Assembly (NCBI RefSeq): GCF_009914755.1
Contig: NC_060938.1
DNA length: 64,000 nucleotides
From: the human T2T-CHM13v2.0 reference genome, Homo sapiens
Direction: 5' to 3' (one strand)
The notes beneath the pieces are model-generated. The model searched no databases and was not told the DNA's origin. It saw only the letters and a program-made list of their open reading frames with translations. Positions 13,199 through 26,900 of this stretch are shown here, in pieces. The position numbers were made by a program, and so were the translations under genes. Within the stretch, counting starts at the first letter, position 1; each line of letters begins with the position of its first letter.

Positions 13199-14190
13199 AT
13201 CCAAATGGAAAACAATCAACCTCCAACTTTACTTCATACCATGCATATATTTGATAAAGGATTCGTAAAAAATGCCTATAGCACAATTTGAAAAAGACAA
13301 ACTCACTCAATTTAAAAAGGGGCAAAAGGTTTGAGCAAATGCTTCACAAAGCAAAATACATGAGTAGACAGTAACCACACAAAAAAGACTCTCAACATCT
13401 TTCGTCATTTGGGAAATGTAAAATGATGCCACCATGGAGCACCACTTCGCGCCCGCTAGAATGGCTAAAATTTAAAAGGCTCACTTCACCAAGTGTTGAC
13501 AAGGATATGGAGCAACTATCACATATTCCTGTTGGGAGTTTAAAATGGTACTACCACTTTGGAAAACCCTTGGCTGTTTTATAAAGTTAAAGATATTCCT
13601 ATCCATTAATTCCCCTGCTTGGCATTTACACAAGAGCAATGAAAACATGTCCACACAAAGACTTGTACACAATGTTCAAAACAGCTTTGTTCATAAAAGC
13701 CCCTAACTGAAAATAACCAAAAAGATACATTAGCAAGGGAATTATACACACAATACGTGTTCATTAGAATATTTAGAAAACATAAATATGCAAAGTTAAA
13801 AAAATCAAAGCCCCTGGTTTCCTAACACTAACCCTGTTAATATTTATGGTGCAGAGAGCTTTTAGAGTTTCTCCCCATTTTGCCTGCATTTAATGTAGTC
13901 CTTAGGCTGGCCTCTAGCCAAGTCTCCCTGTACCCCTCTGAAAATTCCACTGGGGTTCTGAGCCAAACTTCCAGCTTAAAATACAGTGACTGGGTTTGCC
14001 TGGGATGTGCCATCCTTCATGAGCTGTGGCAGGGCCTGGGCAGCAGGCCAAGAGTTCTGGGATCGTGGGTCCCTGTCCTCTCTGTCTCTGCCAGCCTTGC
14101 GGACTTCCTATAGCCAACCTAGCTGGGCCCGCGGCAGCTGAGTTGCAATCTGAGGACTGGAGTTTGAGAGAATGCGCTTCTTGCTTTGGA

Positions 14191-14222
14191 GTGCCCTCTC
14201 GTGGCGATATCTCAAACTGCAA
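14191..14222 (-). promoter_or_regulatory. Candidate CTCF site with upstream module
   Basis: Minus strand TTGCAGtttgagatatCGCCACGAGAGGGCAC: core close to CCASYAGRKGGCRS, with TGCAG 12 nt before CCAC. Confidence 0.6.
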
Positions 14223-14856
14223 GCGCAGTTGCTAGCGGGCTGGATAACGCACCCACAGCGCCTGGGTTGGCTGGGCTGGAGCTTAGTTTTCAGGACTGGA
14301 GCAGGCTTGTCCTGAACCTCAAACTGAAAGGGCTGTTCAAAATGCAAATACTTATTTACAGTTTCTATACATCAAGCACTGTTGAGACCCAAAGCCGAGT
14401 TACTGAAGCCTGCATCATGAGCCTTTCCATGAGAATTGTGTGAAATACCGTAGATGCTGGGTGTAAGGTGACCCACAATATTCCATCATGCCCCATTTTC
14501 CCACTTTTGGAATCTATAAAAGATGCCGTCACTGGAAAATTAATCCCAAGCCCCAAAGCCTTATTTACGCAGATTAGAATAGCTTCTGTTCAAGTGTTTG
14601 TGATGTCGCCGTGTAAGCCCTCATCGTGATGCTTTAAAAGTCATCGTTAAGTCGTGTTACCTGCTGTCCGGCCCTGGCACAGTGAGGCTACACTCCCACA
14701 AATAATGACGAAACTCCCTCCTCCCAGTTCTGCCAGGTGATCCCAAAGTGCATCTGAAACCAGCACAGATTGAGGGAGTCTCACAGTCCTCTGTTACCAA
14801 AAAATTGAGAACCCCCCCCTCCCAGAAAATGAAATACTTTGCAACTGCCCAAGTAG

Positions 14857-15275
<419 letters not shown>

Positions 15276-16506
15276 TGTTCTCTAGGTTTTGAACGCACAC
15301 ATGGGAGCATTTAAAACTACCGTCAGAAAGGACTCCTTTAACTTGATTTCCTCAAGGGATTGTGTGCAGCTAGGAAAGCACGTAGGGCCAAGCTGCTTGT
15401 GTTTCTTGAAAACAATAGAAGAGATTTTTCTGGAAAGAACATCCCCAGCCCTGAGTCCAGCTTTTAGGATTAGGGCTCATGGCTCCATCACCGTGGATTT
15501 GAAACATCGATTAGCAGAGCCATTAGAGTTCAGCTGCTGGGGGAGGCCAAGGAAGGGGCTTCTGGGCCAGACCAGAGCTTTCGATTCATCTGCAAGACTG
15601 TGGGGAAAAGGCTAATTGCAAACCTGTGCTAAGAGCGGGCCACACGTTTTCACATTTAATGCTCACCACAGCCTCATAAAGTTGGTATTTTTAAACCCAC
15701 AAAATGGAGCACTTACCTCCTTGCAATTATCATACCTCTCTCTGGGTAATTACTTGAATGGAGTGTTGTCGAGCATGATGCAGTCCATTTCCCAGCATCG
15801 CAGGGAAATTTTGAAACACAGGTCAAGTGCCCTCACCTTCGAGTTATATCAAGAAGCTTGCTTAATAGAAAAGCCAGCGTAATGAGAATACTGCTCGTTA
15901 AATGTGCAGACGATGCCTCTGAGACAGTCTGCAAGATCCCCTCAGCTGGTCCCTTTGCAACTTGGAGGATGGAGCTACTCCAGGGTTCCCCGATCCACTT
16001 ACTGATCTCAGTCCTGGGTTTACAGGGGATACTCTGCAGCCTGGGGCAGGCCGAAGACCCTCCAGGCCTCCTGGTGCCACTTTGGATATCTGACAACCAA
16101 GCAGGGCTCTCCACTTCTCAGCTGCCTTTGGCCCACAGCTGACTTGAGGGTCCATGCCAAGAAGCTTCGGTGACTGAGGAAGGGTTGTGGTGGGGGTGAG
16201 CAGGGCTGACGGGGGAAGCGCTGATCTCTCCCTGATCTTCTCCATTGTCTTCTCTGACCCATTCCCTTCACACCACTGGGAAGGGGCTCCCTGCCGCTCA
16301 GCCCTTTGCCCTCTGCCCCCTCTCCTCTCCATTCCACATTCTCCTTCTCCTACTGCAGCAGGGTGACACTTCTCCTACTGAGGGAACGGAGGCCCCAGTC
16401 ACCTCTCAAGGCCACGAAGGACTTTGTGGCTGAGCTGAATTTGAGCTCAGAGCTCCAGGATCCAGACCACACATTCTTCTCCCATACCACATTTCTGTTA
16501 GCATAT

Positions 16507-16658
16507 TGCAGTACTTCTCATGCAAATCACGTGGGGTCTTGTTAAAATTCAGATTCAGATCCATTAGGTCTGAGGTGTGGCCTGAGATTCTGCATTGCCA
16601 GCAAGCTCTCAAGTAATGCTGACACTGCTGGTCCATGGACCAAACTTTATGTAGCAAG
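16507..16658. mobile_element. MER5-family DNA transposon
   Basis: aaatcacgtggggtcttgttaaaattcagattc...ctgctggtccatggacca. Confidence 0.7.
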
Positions 16659-17759
16659 CACGTAGCATTTTCAAAAAAAAAAAAAAAAAAACCCTCATAT
16701 ATTTTTTATTTGTCTTGATCCTTGCCACAATCCAGCAAGGCTATCAGGATGGGAGCTAATGCCCTGAGTGGAGGGGAGAGGAGACTGAAGTCTAGAAAGT
16801 TGCCATGACATATATGCGTTTCCCTGGGTAGCAAGCAGCATCAGGGAAATGGAGCCCCCACTTCAGATTAGGAACCTCTTGCCTGGGGCGTCATGCTGCT
16901 CTCCTGCAAAGATGCAAAGGGCCTCCGGCCTGCCAGCATGGCCTTCCGGTGGCTGGAAACCACCCTATGTGTTTAATGTCACCCACATACCTGCCTCTGA
17001 GAGCAGCCTTGAAATTGTGGTGACTGTCCTATTATTCTGAGGTCCCATTGTTCCTGCCCTAGTGAGGTGCCCCAGTAAAGCAAAAGACTTTGGAAAAGTT
17101 GCTTGTGTCCGTGGGTGGAAAGCACACACATCCCAGAGGGCAAAACTCACTGTTTTCTTGTGCAGGATCAAGTGTGCTTTGTAGGCTGTCCTTGGCAGTG
17201 AAAATGGGCCATATAAATTATACATTGAAATAATAGAGGCTGCTGCAATCTGCCAGAAGGTCTACAAAGTTGGAGATGATGAACTTGTCGGTGAACTGTG
17301 GGCTGTGCCAAGGGCACCTGGAGAATTCAAGATAGCAGGGACATTGAGTCAGCAAGGACACGTGCTTTCATCTGTGTTTAAGCTTGCCGGCATTTGACAA
17401 AGGACTAACGTGCTCGGGGTTTCGGGTCTTGGGTATGAAAAGAAGAATGAAATGCGGTCCAGTTAATGAGCGACAGCGTTAGCTCTGGTGAATCTGAGAA
17501 TGTCCAGGGTGGAGGGGTGCAGCTGAGGGTCTGAACACCCGGCTCCTCTGCTGAACAACTAGGGAAGCAGAGGCCTATGGCCAGGAACATTTGGCCAAAG
17601 CCACTCGTTTATTATGGGCAGTGTTGGGGCCAGGGTGTGGGCTCTGAATTGCAGTCTCAAGTTCATCACCTGGCTTCACCTCTGAGCCTTCTCCTGGACC
17701 GGCTCTTGTCTGACTTTTCTTAAGCAGGTCAGAGGGGCTCTGGATTTAAAACAGATGGC

Positions 17760-18106
<347 letters not shown>

Positions 18107-18483
18107 TCAGGGGGTGCACGTGGAAAAGACATCAGAAAAAGACACATTCCTATAGGTTGTCACCCTGCCCAGGGCTGTTTCCTTGGGCCACTATTCGATT
18201 TGACCCAAGGAAAGAGCATTCCAATCTGCATTTCAATCTGCCTTGCACTATTTGTCTCCACCTCTCAATAAATGCTTGTCAATCAAATGAGGAAGATGAG
18301 CTATGTTCACAGGTCATATTCTCACTTCGGGTTCTCATTTTCTTTGTCGACAAAACTGATTTGATGCTTCTCTCTACAAGTCAGGTCCTGTGCCAGGCAT
18401 TGGCTATCTTTAAATTGGAATATTCGTTTTCTTATTGTTGAGCTTTACATATTTTAAATATAAATCTTTTGTCAGATGCATGA

Positions 18484-18790
<307 letters not shown>

Positions 18791-18842
18791 AGATGCATAT
18801 AATTCAAATATTTCTTCCCAGTCTAAAGCTGCCCCAACATCC

Positions 18843-19096
18843 TCGCCCAGGCTGCAGTGTCACGATAATAACTCTGTGCAGCCTGAAACTCCTGGGCTCA
18901 AGCAATCCTCCTGCTTCAGTCTCCCAAGAAGCTGGGACTACAGGTGCACACCAACATATTTTTATTATTTTTTATTTGTAGAGACAGGGTCTCACTATGT
19001 TGCCCAAGTTGGTCTCAAACTCCTGGCCTCGAGCTTTCCTTTTGCGTAGGCCTCACAGAGTGGTGGGATTACGGATGTGAGCCACTGTGCCTGGCC
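18843..19096 (-). mobile_element. AluJ (truncated)
   Basis: ctcctgggctcaagcaatcctcc J-type sequence, tail missing. Confidence 0.8.
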
Positions 19097-19347
19097 CTTA
19101 ACATTCTCTTAACAGTGATTTTCATGAGCAAAAGTTCTTAATTTTGGTAAAATCCGATTTTTAATTTTATGGATAGTGCTTTTGGTGCCATGTCTGAGAA
19201 CTCATTGCTAAATTCAAGGTCATGTAGATGTTCTCTGGCCTTTTCTTCCGTTATATAATTGTACATGATAAATTTAGATGGATTTTGTGTTTTGTGCAAG
19301 GAATGAGGTTTAGGTTCCCTCTTCTGCCTATGAATGTTTGATTGTAT

Positions 19348-19711
19348 AGTAAGTCCTCAATACTGTTGCTAGGTCTTGGAAACCATGGCTTTAAGTGAAA
19401 TGGCAAAACAACGTATAATGAAACCAATTTTACCATAAGCTAATGGATATAAAGAAGAATTAAATTCCTATGGCATATTTCTCATCACAAAAACATCACC
19501 GAGCTTCTAAATAAAGACCAAAACACTTCTAACATTAAACATGGAAATAAATGTGAGTTACGTGTACAGTTAAGAAAGATTAATAAAAATAAGCAGAATT
19601 ATTTTAATGCAGGGCAGTGGTTGGCTGGAGCCTATCCCAGCAGCTCAGGATGCTAAGCAGGGACCCACCTTGGACAGGATGCCATTCTGTCGTGGGGTGC
19701 ACTCACACACA

Positions 19712-19744
<33 letters not shown>

Positions 19745-19899
19745 GCGTGGGGACATTATAGACACACCAGTTCACCCAGTGTGCACATCTTTGGGATGTG
19801 GGAGGAAACTGGAGTACCTGGAGAAAACCCAGGCAGACATGAGGAGAATGTGCAAACTCTACAGTGGCCCCAGCTGGAAGTCCATTTGAGGATCTGCTG
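19348..19899 (-). mobile_element. MER6 (TcMar-Tigger) with internal (CA)n, inserted into an old minus-strand L1M (~18360-20590)
   Basis: tttgggatgtgggaggaaactggagtacctggagaaaaccc...gcaaactc is the reverse of the MER6 core. Confidence 0.75.
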
Positions 19900-21417
19900 C
19901 ATGTACACAATTGGGTGTAAAGACTATGTTTTTTCCATTTAATTGCTTTTGCAACTTTGTAAAAAACTAATAAGCCTTATCTGTGTGGGTCTATTTCTGT
20001 ATCTCCATTCTTTTCCATAGATCTGTGTGTCTATCTCTTTGCTAATGCCACACTGACTTCATTACTATAGCTTTACAGTAAGTCTTAAAATTACAGTGTT
20101 TGATTCCTACAACTCTATTTTTTTTAAATTTTATTAGCTCTTCTCATTCCTTTGCCCTTCCATACACACTTTATAAATAGTTTGTCTATATCTCAGAAAG
20201 AATCCTGCTAGGACTTTGATTGGTACTATATTAAATCTATGAATTTATTTAGAGAGTATTGGAGTCTTTACTCTGTTGAGTCTTCTAATCTATGAAAATG
20301 GTATGTCCCTGTACTTATTTAAATCTTCGATTTCCTTAATCAGCATTTTGTGGTTTTCAGCTTAGAGATCTGTTACTTTTTTTTTTAGATTTATACCTAA
20401 GTATTTCAGTTTTTGAAGCTATTGTGACTACTATTATTTTAAGTTTTTGTTTCCATCTGTATATTGCTAATGTATAGAAATACAATGTATTTTTATGTAT
20501 TGACCTTGTATGCTATGACCTTGTAAAACTTATTTATTAGTTTGGGGAGTGTTGGTTGGTTTTTTGTTTTTTTGACTTTCTACATAGATAAAAATACTTC
20601 ATATTTTTCACATGTAATATTTGCCTCATAGCTATCTCTATCAGGGGACCCTAAATAACAGTACCTTAAAAAAACATAGTAGTCTATTCTTACTTGGCTC
20701 TTCTCTGTGCCATTTTGGGGGACACATACACCTTCTATCCCCAGCGTATTGCCTCCACCTGCAGGTTTGAGTTGGCTCTGCACTTATGCCTGCATTCCAC
20801 TGGCGACAGGAAGAAGAGGGTAGGCCCTAGAAATTCTGCTCACATCTAACTACAAAGGATGCGGGGAAATTGGGTCTTTATTCTGGACAGCCATTGTCTC
20901 TAGCCTCCTCCTTAAAATAGGAAGGGGCAACAACTACCAGTCTGCACCACAACAATGAAGTTAAATAAATGTCTCATTTCTTTATTTTTAAAATCAAATT
21001 AGATATGGCTTAGAGCTGCCATTGTCAAGGTTTGGGACTGGCTGTCAGTCATCATAGGACTTTCTCCAACGCACCCCACTCTGTCCAGGACAACATGGGG
21101 ACCAACTGGTCTCATGCACTCTGTTGCTCAGTGTCACTAACAAGGGTGGATCCTTCATTCTCTGAGGAGCACTGTGGCTCTGAGGAGGGACTGAAGATGC
21201 CCCTCCCTGAAGGCTCAGCCACAGGGGCATATGCTTCTTCTGTGAAGTCTGTTGCCTTCATAGTGTGGCCTCCACGGCATCTTCCCAGCTACCCCTCATC
21301 CAGGGCCCAGGGCTTTAGGGCACTACATGGCAATAGGGCTAATTTCTCACCCTTGAAGAACACTCCAAATCTCGGTAAAATTGACACTTAATAATAATCT
21401 TAAAAATACATATTTAT

Positions 21418-21772
<355 letters not shown>

Positions 21773-22498
21773 TTATAAAAAATATATCCAGAGGAGCCTC
21801 AAGGAACCTGAACAACCTATGACATTTGACAAAAAAAGCCCGAAACATGGTTAGGTTTAATATTCAGAAAGTAGGTGTCTCAATTAGGGTCTTGGCAAGA
21901 AACAGATGGCAGAGTCAATCTGGGACATTTCAGGAGAATTTAATGAAGGGAACATTTACACAGGCAAGGACAGGTGTGGGGGAGCCAAAAAAGCAGTGAA
22001 TACTTTGGGGCTGGCAACCTCGGGGAGCCTGGGGGAGTGAGGGGGTGGGGCTGGTCACATAAGGATTTGGAGAGGGAGAGAGCTGTGAGGAGGGGCTTCA
22101 GGCCCTCAGCAGCCCACAGAGAAGGCACTGGAAAAACACAATACCCTGACAGCATGCTCCTGCCTCCTCCTGTCCCCTCTCAGTGTTCCTCCTTCCTTCT
22201 TAGCTGAAGCCAACAGGAAGTCAGAGGTCAGGTGGCCTCCTGATGCAATCCCTGGAAGACAACCCCTGTGGACAGAGATGGCACAGAGTGGGGTTGGGAG
22301 GGACCTGTGGAGGCATCCAACACAGTAGGCGAGGGAGGACAAGGATAGGGGTTAATAATGGCCAACATGTTCACAGGGCTGGCTCTGTGACAGGAATTAT
22401 TCTAAGGCCCTTTCATAGGATAACTCATCTAATTCTCTCAGGGCCACAAGCAAAGGACACATAGAGTGAGGCATTCCAGGGAGGCATTCCAGGGAACC

Positions 22499-23144
22499 TT
22501 TTTTTTATGAGCTAGGGTCTCACTGTCACCCAGGCTAAAGTGCGGTGGTACAATCACAGTTCACTACAGCCTCAATCTCCTGGGCTCAAGTGATCCTCTC
22601 ACCTCAGTCTCCTGAGTCGCTGGGACTACAGGTGCATACCACCATGCCTGGTTATTTTCCCTTTCTCTGTCTCTCTCTCTCTCTCTATATATATATGTAT
22701 ATATAATTTATATATAATCTTAAAAACATAGTGAGACCCTGTCTTTAAATATATATATATTTATATATATATTTTAATATTTATATTTAATTTATATTTA
22801 TATTTATATTTATATTTATATTTAAAATATATATTTATATATATATTTTAATATATAATACATATATATTTATATATTTTATATGATAATATATATAATA
22901 TATAATATACATATTTAATATATAATAAATATATATATTTTAATATATAATAAAATATATAAATATATATATTTAAAAACATAGTGAGACCCTGTCTTTA
23001 AATATATATGTTTAAAATAAATATGTAAACATACATATTTAAAGACAGGGTCTCATCATGTTGCCCAGGCTGGTCTTGAACTCCTGGGCTCAAGTGATCC
23101 TCCCCAAGTGCTGACATTACAGGTGTGATCCGCCACGCCTGGCC
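22499..23144 (-). mobile_element. AluJ split by an AT-rich expansion in its linker
   Basis: Right arm 22499-22655, AT-rich insert ~22686-23035, left arm 23041-23144. Confidence 0.8.
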
Positions 23145-23559
23145 CAGAGAACTTCTGACTGAAAAGATGAGGAAGGGCTTCCTGAGGGGAGGTGGTTTTG
23201 AGCTGGGCCCCATGGAGGGAGTGGCTTGAAGAGTAAACACTTGAAAGGCCCAGCAAACAATATCCCTGGATTAAAATGACCATTCATCTCATGAACCAAC
23301 AATGGCGAGTAGCATTTTGTGTGTGCTAGAAGGGAGCAACTGTGTGAGGTAGGTAGGAGGGGTTTGCATGTTCAGGCAGGATTGGGGTAAACAGGAAGTC
23401 AGTGCCATTCTGCAACTGCTGCAGCCAGCTGTCTGTCTGTAATTATGACCTTACGGAAGTCCGGCCCAGCAGAAGGAGGACTTACTGCTCATTAACATCA
23501 AGGGTGGCCATCACTATTAAGCTCCCTGGGTGCCACTGCATTTATGCCCATTACCTCTA

Positions 23560-23695
23560 ATAATCACCGGAATTTTGCAAGGTAGGCATTATTGTCTCTT
23601 TTTTATAGATGAGGAAACTGAGGCCCAGAGAGATTAAGTAACTTGTCCAAGGTCACACAGCTAATAGTTGGCAAAGCTGGGACTCAATTCCAAAC
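23560..23695 (+). mobile_element. MIR
   Basis: ttttatagatgaggaaactgaggcccagagagattaagtaacttgtccaaggtcacacagct. Confidence 0.85.
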
Positions 23696-23966
23696 GCAGT
23701 GAGCTTCCTATTATACTATATTCCCCTGGACATTTAAAAAGGAGACATAAAACACAGAAAAGTGTAGAAGACCAGAATAGACCACGTGCAGAAAGATGGG
23801 TGATATGGTTTGGCTGTCTCCACCTAAATCTCATCTTGAGTTGTAATCCCCATAATCCCCCTGTGTTGAGGGAAGGACCTGGTGGGAGGTGATTGGATCA
23901 TGGAGGTGGTTTCCCCCATGCTGTTCTCATGATAGCAAGTGAGTTCTCATGAGAGCTGGTGGTTTT

Positions 23967-26900
23967 GTTTTTTTTTTTTTTAATTATGCTTTAAGTTCTG
24001 GGATACGTGTGCAGAACGTGCAGGTTTGTTACATAGGTATACATGTGCCATGGTGGTTTGCTGCACCCATCAACCTGCCATCTACATTAGGTATTTCTCC
24101 TAATGCTATCCCTCCCTTAGCCCCCCACCCTGCAACAGGCTCTGGTGTGTGATGTTCCCCTCCCTGTGTCCATGTGTTCTCATTGTTCAACTCCCACTTA
24201 TGAGTGAGAACATGTGGTGTTTGGTTTCCTGTTCCTGTATTAGTTTGCTGAGAATGATGGTTTCCAGCTTCATCCATGTCCCTGCAAAGGACGTGAACTT
24301 ATCATTTTTATGGTTGCATACTATTCCATGTTGTATATGTGCCACATTTTCTTAATCCAGTCTATCATTGATGGGCATTTGGGTTGGTTCCAAGTCTTTG
24401 CTATTATGATTAGTGCTGCAATGAACATATGTGTGCATGTGTCTTTATAGTAGAATGATTTATAATCCTTTGGGTATATACCCAGTAATGAGATTGCTGG
24501 GTCAAATGGTATTTCTGGTTCTAGATCCTTGAGGAATTGCCACACTATCTTCCACAGTGGTTGAACTAATTTACACTCCCACCAACAGTGTAAAAGCATT
24601 CCTATTTCTCCACATCCTCTCCAGCATCTGTTGTTTCCTGACTTTTTAATGATTGCCATTCTAACTGGCATGAGGTGGTATCTCATTGTGGTTTTGATTT
24701 GCATTTCTCTAACCACCAGTGATGATGATCTTTTCTTCATAGGTTTTTTGGCCACATAAATGTCTTCTTTCGAGAAGTGTCTGTTCATATCCTTTGCCCA
24801 CTTTTTGATGGGGTTGTTTTTTTCTTGTAAATTTGTTTAAGTTCCTTGTAGATTCTGGATATTAGCCCTTTGTCAGATGGATAGATTGCAAAAATTTTCT
24901 CCTATTCTGTAGGATGCCCTGTTCACTCTGATGATAGTTTCTTTTGCTGTACAGAAGCTCTTTAGTTTAATTAGATCCAATTTGTCTATTTTGGCTTTTG
25001 TGGTCATTGCTTTTGGTGTTTTAATATGAAGTCTTTGCCCATGCCTATGTCCTGAATGGTATTGCCTAGGTTTTCTTCTAGGGTTTTTATGGTTTTAGGT
25101 CTTACGTTTAAGTCTTTAGTCCATCTTGAGTTAATATTTGTATAAGGTGTAAGGAAGGGATCCAGTTTCAGTTTTCTGCATATGGCTAGTCAGTTTTCCC
25201 AACACTATTTATTAAATAGGGAATCCTTTCCCCATTGTTTTTGTCAGGATTGTCAAAAATCAGATGGCTGTAGATGTGTGACGTTATTTCTGAGGCCTCT
25301 GTTCTGTTCCATTGGTCTATATATCTGTTTTGGTACCAGTACCATGCTGATTTGGTTACTGTAGCCTTGTAGCATAGTTTGAATTCAGGTAGCATGATGC
25401 CTCCAGCTTTGTTCTTTTTGCTTAGGATTGTCTTGGCTATACGGGCTCTTTTTTAGTTCCATATGAAATTTAAAGTAGTTTTTTTCTAATTCTGTGAAGA
25501 AAGTCAATGGTAGCTTGATGGGGATAACATTGAATCTATAAATTACTTTGGGCAATATGACCATTTTCACAATATTGATTCTTCCTATCCATGAGCATGG
25601 AATGTTTTTCCATTTGTTTGTGTCCTCTCTTATTTCCTTGAGCAGTGGTTTTTAGTTCTCCTTGAAGAGGTCTTTCACATCCCTTGTAAGGTGTGTTCCT
25701 AGGTATTTAATTCTGTTTGTAGCAATTGTGAATGGGAGTTCACTCATGATTTGGCGCTCTGTTTGTCTATTATTGGTGTATAGGAGTACTTGTGATTTTT
25801 CACAATGATTTTGTCTTCTGAGACTTTGCTGAAGTTGCTTATCAGCTTAAGGAGATTTTGTGCTGAGATGATGGGGTTTTCTAAACATACAATCATGTCA
25901 TCTGCAAACAGAGACAATTTGACTTCCTCTCTTCCTATTTCAATACCTTTATTTCTTTCTCTTTCCTGATTGCCCTGGCCAGAACTTCCAATACTATGTT
26001 GAATAGGTGTGGTGAGAGAGGGCATCCTTGTCTTGTGCTGGTTTTCAAAGGGAATGCTTCCAGCTTTTGCCCATTCAGCATGATACTGGCTGTGGATTTG
26101 TCATTAATAGCTCTTATTCTTTTGAGATATGTTCCATCAATACCTAGTTTATTGAGAGTTTTTTTTTTTCTGCATCTATTGAGACAATCATGTGGTTTTG
26201 TCATTGGTTCTGTTTATGTGGTGGATTATGTTTATTGCTTTGTGTATGTTGAACCAGCCTTGCATCCCAGGGATGAAGTGGACTTGATCCTGGTAGATAA
26301 GCTTTTTGATGTGCTGCTGGATTTGGTTTGCCAGTATTTTATTGAGGATTTTCGCATTGATGTTCATCAGAGATATCGGCCTGAAATTTTCTTTTTTCGT
26401 TGTGTCTCTGCCAGGTTTTGGTATCAGGGTGATGCTGGCCTCATAAAATGAGTTAGGGAGGAGTCCCTCTTTTTTATTGTTTGGAATAGTTTCAGAAGGA
26501 TTGGTATCAGCTCCTCTTTGTACCTCTGGTAGAATTTGGCTGTGAATCTGTCTGGTCCTGGGCTTTTTTTTGGTTGGTAGGCTATTAATTACTGCCTCAA
26601 TTTCAGAACTTGTTATTGGTCTATTCAGGGATTCAACTACTTCCTGGTTTAGTCTTGGGAGGGTGTATGTGTCCAGGAATTTATCTATTTCTTCTAGATT
26701 TTCTAGTTTATTTGTGTAGAGATGTTTATAGTATTCTGTGATGGTAGTTTGTATTTCTGTGGGATCAATGGTTATATCCACTTTATCATTTTTTATTGTG
26801 TCTATTTGATTCTCTCTCTTTTCTTCTTTATTATTCTGGCTAGCAGTCTATTTTGTTAATCTTTTCAAAAAACCAGCTTCCAGATTCATTGATTTTTTGA

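Larger units (their letters stand above)
10940..13760 (+). mobile_element. Old L1M ORF2/3' fragments interrupted by MLT1D and THE1
   Basis: Degenerate ORF2 motifs (gataccaaaacctgacaaag; tagattcaaagcaatccc; gctagaatggctaaaatt). Confidence 0.7.
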
